From Planctomycetota bacterium (lineage in GTDB: Bacteria > Planctomycetota > Phycisphaerae > Phycisphaerales > SM1A02), in contig JAPLMU010000129.1 in assembly GCA_026386795.1 (NCBI GenBank), positions 7,497 through 71,496 on the forward strand: DNA of 64,000 nt. Direction: 5' to 3'. This document shows positions 35,383 through 43,268 of this stretch, piece by piece (the first letter of the stretch is position 1; every line of letters starts with the position of its first letter). Made by a program: the position numbers and the translations under genes. The notes below the pieces were generated by a model. That model was not told where the DNA came from. It did not search any database and saw only the letters and a program-made list of their open reading frames with translations.

Positions 35383-36455
35383 TGCGCGTCCTCCGGAACC
35401 TGACGCTTCAAGCGAGTAATGATCCCGCTCACGATGCGGTCGGAGTCGATCCCGTCAGCCTCCGCTTCGAAACTTGGAGCGATGCGATGGCGCAAAGCAC
35501 TTGCTGCCACTGCATGCACATCGGCAATCGAGACATGAAACCGACCATCAAGAAGTGCCCGCACCTTAGCCGTGGTCACGATGGCCTGCGCAGCACGCGG
35601 GCTCGCGCCCACCGAAATCTCGCGGCCCGCGTTGACGTCTGCGTACTCCCCACCCGGATGCGTCGCCAGGACCAATCGAATCACATAGTCCTGTACCGGA
35701 TCGGCAATCACAATGCGGCGCGCCAATCGCTGCGCCTGCAGAATGCGATCTGCGTCAAGAATCGGCGTCACCGGCGATTCCGTTGTCGTCGTGGTTCTAC
35801 GCAAGATCTCTTGCAAATCAGCCCGTTCAACTGATGGAACGGCGATTTTCAATAGAAATCGATCGAGCTGCGCTTCCGGCAGCGGGTACGTGCCTTCTTG
35901 CTCAATTGGATTCTGAGTGGCAAGCACAAGAAACGGAGCGCGCAGCCGATGCGTCTCGCCGCCCACCGTCACTGATCGCTCCTGCATTGCTTCGAGCAAC
36001 GCGGACTGGCTCTTGGGGCTTGCGCGGTTCACTTCATCAGCAAGCAGAATCTGTGTGAAGATCGGCCCCGGTCGAAACTGCATCACGCGATGCCCTGCAT
36101 CATCGTCCATGAGTATTTGCGTGCCGACGATGTCGGCTGGCATCAAATCCGGAGTGAACTGGATGCGGCTGAATTCAAGGTGCAGGGCATCGCCGAGCGT
36201 GCGAACCAAGAGTGTCTTGCCAAGACCCGGGACGCCTTCGAGCAACACATGCCCACCAGCGAAGAGTGCCCACAGCGTTTGATCGACGACTGACTGCTGC
36301 CCCACCACTCGCTTTCCAATTGCTTCCCGCAATCGCAGAGCAACCGATCGAAATGACGCACAGCGCTCGCGGGCGATGTCCTCGTTCTCAATGCCCGCAT
36401 CGAATGCCGGCAGTCGCGCGATATCGCCAGGAAGTTGGGGTGACCTAACACTCAT
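35379..36455 (-). CDS. MoxR-family AAA+ ATPase
   Basis: VLLEGVPGLGKTLLVRTL, FSRIQFTPDLMPADIVG and ILLADEVNRASPKSQSALLEAMQE. Confidence 0.9.
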   Translation of the reverse strand: MSVRSPQLPGDIARLPAFDAGIENEDIARERCASFRSVALRLREAIGKRVVGQQSVVDQTLWALFAGGHVLLEGVPGLGKTLLVRTLGDALHLEFSRIQFTPDLMPADIVGTQILMDDDAGHRVMQFRPGPIFTQILLADEVNRASPKSQSALLEAMQERSVTVGGETHRLRAPFLVLATQNPIEQEGTYPLPEAQLDRFLLKIAVPSVERADLQEILRRTTTTTESPVTPILDADRILQAQRLARRIVIADPVQDYVIRLVLATHPGGEYADVNAGREISVGASPRAAQAIVTTAKVRALLDGRFHVSIADVHAVAASALRHRIAPSFEAEADGIDSDRIVSGIITRLKRQVPEDAQ

Positions 36456-39400
36456 GCTCCGCCACCACCTTGGTCACCGGTACCACCGCCGCCGTTTCCC
36501 GTGCCGCCCGTGCCACCATTTCGATCGCCGTCGGTCTGATCTTGCGCACGACGGCGCGCAGCGCGCAACCGCGCGAGCGGATCACCTTGATCTGCTGGTG
36601 AATCCGGCGCCGTGGGCTTGGCTGGCGCACCGGGTCGGGCTCGGTCTGAATCACCTGCTGCAAGGTCGCGCGCATCCACTTTCGGCGCATCCGCGCCCGC
36701 TTCAAAGCGCGTTGCTGCAGGCGCACCACCCGAACTCGCCGTACCGGACGCTCCACCGGCAGCGCCGCCTCGACCTGCATTCGTTCGATCGACGCCCGCA
36801 CCTTCGCGCGCCCGACGAAGTGCATCAACGCCGCCGGTGCCCATGCTCGCTGCGCCGCCCGTCACGCGCGCTGCAAGTTCCTGCGCGTCGCGGCGATCAA
36901 AGGCAATGCGTCGCCACGCGACGTCGAGCAAGATCAATACCGCTGCCAGAATTGCTGCCAACTGCCACAGCGCGCGGGCTGTCCGTGATGAGCCTAAGTC
37001 GGAGCGATCAAACAACTCCCATGTCTTTGCATCCGCAAGACGCAACACGCGCCCGCCAGTGCGCTCCGCGATGGTTCGCAGCAATGCTGCGTTGTCGCGA
37101 ATGGCGCGGTATTCCGCCGGATAGGGAACGCTGATTGCGGCCTGCACGCTGCCAGCCCGCGCGGCACCATCGCCGGTACCGGCGCGCGCGAATGCAACAT
37201 TCGCCAAGTACGCGCCCGCCTGTTGCGCGTCAAACTCGCCGGTGAATCGCCCCGGACCAACTTGGCGCAGCGGTAGTTCCATCACTCGACCATCCGGAGT
37301 CACAAGCCGCGCCTCCGCTCGTGTCTCGGCCGCGAATCCGCTCTGCGCTTGTTCGCGCGTCTCAACCTCAATGAACGCGCGGTCGCCATCAATCCGGGTT
37401 GCGATACTGACATCTTGCGGCATCGCCGGGCGCATCACCCAACGCATCGATTGCTCCCAGAACGCACCGAAGCGCGCCCACTTACTCCACGCAGAACCCC
37501 AGCGGCCACTCACGTCGCTTGCAAATGCAATGCTGCGTCCGAGACCGTAATTCCAGTTGGCATAGAACGGATCGGTCCCGTCCTTATTCTTGACGATTGC
37601 GGGCACCTGCGCCAATCCTTCGCGCGGAACAGTGAGTACATAGCCGCGCACCGGCGGCAGCGAATCAAATCCCGCAAGCGGACCAGCAACCCCCGGCGCC
37701 ACTTGCGGCTGGAAGTCGCCCTCAACAATCAAGGAGCGAGATACCACCGTCGCCTCCTGAATGAATATCTGCGGCAACTTGCGCGGATTCTCAACGCGAT
37801 AGAAACGCCCGCCGGTCTTCGTTGCAATCGCCTGCATCTTGCGATGATCTTCAGGGCCACCATGACCAAGACTCGAACTGCCGCTACCCGCAAGAAGCAC
37901 AGTGGTGATCGTGATCTTCGCTGCTTTGAAATCATTCAGAAGTTCTGGAGGCGGCGCGCCTGGATCGCCATCAGAAATAACGATGACATGCTTCTGTCCA
38001 GCACGGACTTTCACCATGTCATCCAAGATCATTTCTAACGGCGTTGTAAAACTGGGCATATCCCCAACCACCATCTTCTTGGCCGCATCCTTCGCTCGCG
38101 CTTTGTCGCCGATGATCTGCAGAGGAAATCCCCAACCGTACCCGTCCTTGGTTGCGGCTCCGCCACCATAGCCAGCGCCACCAAGAGAGATCAGACCCGC
38201 GTAATCCTGGCTCGAAAGCGCATCAATTGCTGAATTGGCAACCTGCACGCCCCAGAAGTTTCCTTCAGGCATTTCACAACTGTGAAGAAGCATGGCAAGC
38301 GCGCCGCGCAAGATTTGTCGCGTCTGCGGCGGATCAAGCTTCACCGGAAGAGTCTTCTCGGTTTCCGACCCAAGCCAACCACCGGCACCGAAACTTTCCG
38401 GGCCGCCCAGCATGACCAATCCACCGCCGAGGTCATGAACATAGGAATGCAAGCCACGATCAAACTCGTTGTCGAACGACCACCGCGGGAGATTTGCAAT
38501 GATGACTGCGTCAAATCCGGCAAGGAACGCCAACCCGCGCCCCATCGCGTTTTCCGGTTGAACGCGTTCAACTTCGATCTTTCCCTCGCGCAGCGCAGTT
38601 GCCAATGCGTCGCACTCCGCCCCACCGCCCGGCTCAATGATCAGAACGCGTCCAGTGCCACCAACAAACACCACCGCTGCACCTGTGTTGTTCTGCTGAA
38701 CGGAATCCATTGCTGGATCCGTTGCCTCAAATACCGCGCGGAATCGCTGCGCACCAGTCCCGTCCGCAACAACAGGCAGTGTCACCAGATTGGCGCCAGG
38801 CTGCAGATCCACTGCGTATCCGAGACTGTCGCTCGCAGGATCAAGATCGATCGGTTCGTCGTTCTGCCACAGCAAAATGCGCCCCGTTGCTGGACGCTGG
38901 CTTCGAATAGAGATTCGCAGATCAATTGATTGACCCTCGCGCGCCCGTGTCGGCGCGCGCAGTGACTCAATGAGCACCTCACTGGTGTGCTGGTACTCAA
39001 GCGGCACAACATCAATCGGAACGCCCGCCGCTTTGGCGAGCGCAGCGGCGTCTTCCAAACTTCCCGCGGTCTGATTGCCATCAGAAAGAAGCAGAATGCG
39101 CGCGGTGGTATCGCCGGGCTGCGTTGCAAGCGCCATGCGCACTCCCGCCGCCAAGTCCGTCGCCTGCATGTCGCCGACGTGACCAGTGAGAGTGATCTCG
39201 CCAGCGTTTGCTGGCATGGCCGCGATCACTGCATCGCGTGCAACAGTAACAGCACCGACGCGATCATCAGAACGCTCTTTACGACCAACCGCATCGCGAA
39301 CCGCTTTCTCAGCTTGCGTGCGCAGCGCCAGCGGCACGCTGTCGCTGGAGTCCGCCACCACGAGCACGCTCATGGCGTCCGTCTCGCGCACGATGCTCGG

Positions 39401-39568
39401 GCGCGCAACGGCACATGTCAAGCAGAGCAGCACCAAGATGCGCAGCGCCAAACCGCCCCACGACTTCCATCGTCCAAGCACCGGAACGCTGCGCCAAGAC
39501 ATCCACCAGAACGGTAAAGCGAGCGCCAAGATCGCGAGTGCCAAGGGATGTTCGAAGGTCACATTCAT
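36452..39568 (-). CDS. large membrane protein: BatA_N-like anchor, VWA, class-I-glutamine-amidotransferase-like domain, second VWA, C-terminal TM and Gly-rich tail
   Basis: VLVVADSSDSV and VIVISDGDPG (VWA). VLIIEPGG...FDAVIIANLP...GGGLVMLGG (GATase-like). TM WQLAAILAAVLILLDVAW. Confidence 0.7.
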   Translation of the reverse strand: MNVTFEHPLALAILALALPFWWMSWRSVPVLGRWKSWGGLALRILVLLCLTCAVARPSIVRETDAMSVLVVADSSDSVPLALRTQAEKAVRDAVGRKERSDDRVGAVTVARDAVIAAMPANAGEITLTGHVGDMQATDLAAGVRMALATQPGDTTARILLLSDGNQTAGSLEDAAALAKAAGVPIDVVPLEYQHTSEVLIESLRAPTRAREGQSIDLRISIRSQRPATGRILLWQNDEPIDLDPASDSLGYAVDLQPGANLVTLPVVADGTGAQRFRAVFEATDPAMDSVQQNNTGAAVVFVGGTGRVLIIEPGGGAECDALATALREGKIEVERVQPENAMGRGLAFLAGFDAVIIANLPRWSFDNEFDRGLHSYVHDLGGGLVMLGGPESFGAGGWLGSETEKTLPVKLDPPQTRQILRGALAMLLHSCEMPEGNFWGVQVANSAIDALSSQDYAGLISLGGAGYGGGAATKDGYGWGFPLQIIGDKARAKDAAKKMVVGDMPSFTTPLEMILDDMVKVRAGQKHVIVISDGDPGAPPPELLNDFKAAKITITTVLLAGSGSSSLGHGGPEDHRKMQAIATKTGGRFYRVENPRKLPQIFIQEATVVSRSLIVEGDFQPQVAPGVAGPLAGFDSLPPVRGYVLTVPREGLAQVPAIVKNKDGTDPFYANWNYGLGRSIAFASDVSGRWGSAWSKWARFGAFWEQSMRWVMRPAMPQDVSIATRIDGDRAFIEVETREQAQSGFAAETRAEARLVTPDGRVMELPLRQVGPGRFTGEFDAQQAGAYLANVAFARAGTGDGAARAGSVQAAISVPYPAEYRAIRDNAALLRTIAERTGGRVLRLADAKTWELFDRSDLGSSRTARALWQLAAILAAVLILLDVAWRRIAFDRRDAQELAARVTGGAASMGTGGVDALRRAREGAGVDRTNAGRGGAAGGASGTASSGGAPAATRFEAGADAPKVDARDLAAGDSDRARPGAPAKPTAPDSPADQGDPLARLRAARRRAQDQTDGDRNGGTGGTGNGGGGTGDQGGGGA

Positions 39569-39586
39569 GAATACTCATGCTCCACG

Positions 39587-42163
39587 CTACCCCACCGGCA
39601 CCTCATGCGGGACGGTCTGCGCGAGCGGCGCGCACAATGAATCAAGCGGCGTCACCAAAACCCGCGAATGTCCAGAATCCAGGATGAATGCCTCCTTGCC
39701 GCGCACTCCGATCGCCCACGGAAATCGCAGCGCATTTTCACCGCTCGGAACCGATCGAACCCGGTCTCCGTCGATGACGTGAAGTACGAGCGGAGTGGGC
39801 GCGCCCGACACCGCGCGCACCGTTCCGAGCGACCGTCCGTCGGCGGCGTTAAACCGCTGCACGCGGTGGTTCCCGAACTCCGTGACGAGGATCGTTCCGT
39901 CTGGAACAACTTCGAGACCATAGGGATACGCCATCTGTCCGTCATCCGGACCAGCGCTTCCGAATGAACGCACCGGCACACCTTCGATCGTGAGAACTTG
40001 AATCCGGTGGTTGCACGCGTCAGCCACATACACCTCACGGCCATCAAGCGAGAATCCAATTGACTGCGGTCGATCAAACTGCCCTGGCCCACGACCGTTG
40101 CCGCCAATCGATCTCAGAAACTTCCCCTCCGGCGTGAATACTTGGATGCGATCATTGCCTCCAAATTCACAGACCCATACTGTTCCATCGGGCGCAATCT
40201 CAACATCGCATGGATAGATGAACTGCCCGGGCCCCGTTCCGTATTCGCCGAAGCGCAACAACTCTTTGCCATCTGGCGACCAACAGATGACGCGGTGATA
40301 GTGCGTGTCAGCAACCCACACGCGGCCATCTGGACCGACACCAATTCCGGTTGGCTTTCCGAGCGATTTTTCCGGCATCGACCATTCTGCAATGAAGCTT
40401 CCATCTGGGGCAAACCGTTGAACGCGTGCTTGACGATCAACCACCAAGACTGTTCCATCACGCGGATCAATGTCCATCGCACGCGGGTATTCAAATTGTC
40501 CACGACCACGACCCGGCGCTCCAAACCAACGCACCGCTTGAACATGCGGACCGCTTGGCGGAACCGGCGTTTCGCGACATCCTGCAACGACCAGCGCCAA
40601 AAGTAGGATCGCCGCCATTCCGCGCAGACGCTCTCCGCGTGCGCACAGCATTGCCACTACAGCTCCAGCACCCGAAGCCACCACGAGCAGCGCGAGCAAT
40701 GATCCAAGCACTGTTGCCGGCTGCTGATAGTGAATGGCATTCAAGAGCGTCGATGCCGACCACGCCCAACCGGGCGGCTCGACTCGCGCGGCCGCTACCA
40801 CTTCACCCGCCGCAAGCGTTGTTCCAACAAGTGCTGCGGCAATAGCGGCGCCGCGCAATTCCGGCAACAGCGCCTGTAGCAGTCCGCGCGAATCTCCTCC
40901 GTCAAGTGCGCGCAATTCCCGGCGTTCGCGCGGTTCGCGCAGTGCTGCCATGCGTCCAAGCCATGCGCCCACTACGCCAAATCGACCAAGATGCGAGAGG
41001 ACCACCACGGCCGGCGTGTCGTAGATCCACGGCCCGATTGCATCGAGATTCCAGGCTGCAACAAGCGACACCGCCGCCACTGTTGCCGGAACAAGCGCAG
41101 CGATCATCCAGCCGGCAAGCATCACCCGTTCCGCAAGCCGCGCGTACTGCGCCCCGCGCGAAGAAGCCACCCCGCGTGCCGCAAGTACTAGGTGCCCGCA
41201 CGCCACCACGCCAATGAGAAGACCTGCAACCACGGCCGCACTGAGCGTGCCCGCAGCGCCGCGCACACTTGTCGCCATGAATCGGTCGAGTGCACCATGA
41301 GTCACAAGCGCATATGCAAGCGTTGCGAGCGGCGCAACAAGCGTGCACAGCAGCACTCCCCACGCAATGCCGCCCCTGCCGCGCCGCACCGCCGCGGGAC
41401 CATCATCACGTGGCGTAATTGGCCAGCACGCAAATATAACGGCACCGACGCACGCAAAGACAACTACCGGCCACGCCGCGCGCAACACCACACTCGCTGC
41501 TGTTCCCTGCACATCGAGGGTGCGCAATTCAAATCCAAACGTGAGTACTTGCGCTAAGTCAAATGCGATGGTCGATCCAGCAATCACCACCACGAGCGCT
41601 CCGAACGCGAGTGCCAACGCGCCACGGTCGGTGCGCCACGCGCGACGCATTCGGTCGGTCACGCCTTCGGCATCAACGGCTCCGACCTCTCGCTCAACTG
41701 ATTCTGCCCCCGCGGGACGCGCTGCAACGATCCATGCAGCAAGTGGCCACGCCCATGAAGTAAGCCCGACCATCAAGAGCGTCGTCCGCAAGGATTCCGA
41801 GTGGCCGTTGGTCGCACACCAATCCCCGAGCATTGATCCGGGGCCAGCCGCCTGCCACCATGTCCAGAAGACCGCATAGGGAGGAAGCGCGGCCGTCACC
41901 ACGGAAAGTGCGATCAGCAAATTCCCATTGCGCGCCGAACGAATCGCACGACCAACGGGCCAACCAACCGCCGTTGCGCATGCACCCGCGGCGCACGACC
42001 AACCGAACGTCGTCCACAGCGTTCGAGCACCGTTGAACGTTGCGGGGATTTCTCCACCAATTGCCAAGAGCCGTGCGCCCGCGATCATCGGCCACGCTAC
42101 AGCGACACCGAAGAGCAGCAGTGCTGCAACCGCAAACATGCGCGCACCAAATCCCCCTGACAC
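39587..42163 (-). CDS. ABC-type (MetI-like, two-domain) permease fused in frame to a six-bladed NHL-repeat domain
   Basis: N-terminal ~515 aa are polytopic, with degenerate EAA-like loops (LRALDGGDSRGLLQALLPEL). The C-terminal ~340 aa carry repeated NHL units (GQFxxPxxIxxxxDGxxxVxDxxNHRIQxF). There is an internal MAAILLLALVVAGC at residue 516. Confidence 0.7.
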   Translation of the reverse strand: MSGGFGARMFAVAALLLFGVAVAWPMIAGARLLAIGGEIPATFNGARTLWTTFGWSCAAGACATAVGWPVGRAIRSARNGNLLIALSVVTAALPPYAVFWTWWQAAGPGSMLGDWCATNGHSESLRTTLLMVGLTSWAWPLAAWIVAARPAGAESVEREVGAVDAEGVTDRMRRAWRTDRGALALAFGALVVVIAGSTIAFDLAQVLTFGFELRTLDVQGTAASVVLRAAWPVVVFACVGAVIFACWPITPRDDGPAAVRRGRGGIAWGVLLCTLVAPLATLAYALVTHGALDRFMATSVRGAAGTLSAAVVAGLLIGVVACGHLVLAARGVASSRGAQYARLAERVMLAGWMIAALVPATVAAVSLVAAWNLDAIGPWIYDTPAVVVLSHLGRFGVVGAWLGRMAALREPRERRELRALDGGDSRGLLQALLPELRGAAIAAALVGTTLAAGEVVAAARVEPPGWAWSASTLLNAIHYQQPATVLGSLLALLVVASGAGAVVAMLCARGERLRGMAAILLLALVVAGCRETPVPPSGPHVQAVRWFGAPGRGRGQFEYPRAMDIDPRDGTVLVVDRQARVQRFAPDGSFIAEWSMPEKSLGKPTGIGVGPDGRVWVADTHYHRVICWSPDGKELLRFGEYGTGPGQFIYPCDVEIAPDGTVWVCEFGGNDRIQVFTPEGKFLRSIGGNGRGPGQFDRPQSIGFSLDGREVYVADACNHRIQVLTIEGVPVRSFGSAGPDDGQMAYPYGLEVVPDGTILVTEFGNHRVQRFNAADGRSLGTVRAVSGAPTPLVLHVIDGDRVRSVPSGENALRFPWAIGVRGKEAFILDSGHSRVLVTPLDSLCAPLAQTVPHEVPVG

Positions 42164-43228
42164 TTACTTCGTCTCCTCAACCGCGCGCATGGCAGCGAAG
42201 AATGATTCAACGGCCTCGTCTGAATGTGCGGCGACTGCTCGCGCGTCAATGAGTATCGGATCTGGAACGACAAAGTCGGTCACACTTGCTGCGTACACGA
42301 GTGGCGCATGTTTCGATGGCATCTCCGCCAGTTGCCGCGCGGTCTCCGGCGAGAGCATGAACTCAACAAACATTCGCGCGGCTGCTGGATGCGGCGCGCC
42401 GCTCACCACTCCAACGGTGTTGGGAATGAAATACGTTCCGCCCCCAGCATTCGTTGCATCATGCGCGTGTCGCGGAAGGACCATCGCCAATTTCAGGCCG
42501 CGTGCCTGCGCTGCAAAGACATCGTCGCTGTCAGTGAGCCCAATGTCCGCCTCGCCACGCGCGACCGCATCAACTACGCCGGAATTGCCAGAAGTAAGCA
42601 CCTTTGGATGGTTCTCCGCAAGGCCCTCGATGAACGCCTCGTAATAGCCAGCCATCGCGTAGGTGTCCCAATAAGCCTTCATCGCACCAAGGTGACTGCG
42701 AGTCGTACCGAAGCGTGGATCCGCCATGGCGATCTTGCCGTTCCAGCGCGGCGCAATCAGGCCGGTCCATTCACTCGGCGGCATCGCCACACGGTCAGGC
42801 GCGTAGACGATGACGCGCGCGCGCCCCGCAAGTGCAAACCAACGTCCTTGTGAATCGCGCCATGCTGCGGGCCATTGTGCGGCGAAAGACTGCGGTGCGC
42901 CATCAGTGGCAGCAGCGGATGTCGCACCAGCAACGAGCAGCGGCTCCGTGATGCCGTCAGCCGCAAGCGCTACCTGCGCGGCTTGTTCGTTTGACCAGAA
43001 GACATCAGCGCGCGGGCGGTCATGTTCGGCGCGCAGCGTGTTCGCGAGCCCGGTGGTCTTGGTGGCCTCGGTATCAAACTTCGCATCAACGCGAATGCCC
43101 GTCTCTTTCTCAAACCGTTCGAACACGGGGCGCGCCACGGATTCATCTGCACTCGCGTAGACGGTCACGCTCGGGGTGCGATCACATCCGCCCGCGACGA
43201 GAGCGAATAGGGATGCAGAAGCCGTCAT
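42164..43228 (-). CDS. ABC transporter substrate-binding lipoprotein, Fe(III)/thiamine type
   Basis: ATG 43228 gives MTASASLFALVAGGC (lipobox). VTVYASADESVARPVFERFEKETGIRVDAKFD is typical of FbpA/AfuA-like binding proteins. Confidence 0.7.
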   Translation of the reverse strand: MTASASLFALVAGGCDRTPSVTVYASADESVARPVFERFEKETGIRVDAKFDTEATKTTGLANTLRAEHDRPRADVFWSNEQAAQVALAADGITEPLLVAGATSAAATDGAPQSFAAQWPAAWRDSQGRWFALAGRARVIVYAPDRVAMPPSEWTGLIAPRWNGKIAMADPRFGTTRSHLGAMKAYWDTYAMAGYYEAFIEGLAENHPKVLTSGNSGVVDAVARGEADIGLTDSDDVFAAQARGLKLAMVLPRHAHDATNAGGGTYFIPNTVGVVSGAPHPAAARMFVEFMLSPETARQLAEMPSKHAPLVYAASVTDFVVPDPILIDARAVAAHSDEAVESFFAAMRAVEETK

Positions 43229-43268
43229 GCATGCTGTTGCGAGGCGCTGACCTGCTGCCAGACCCCGA

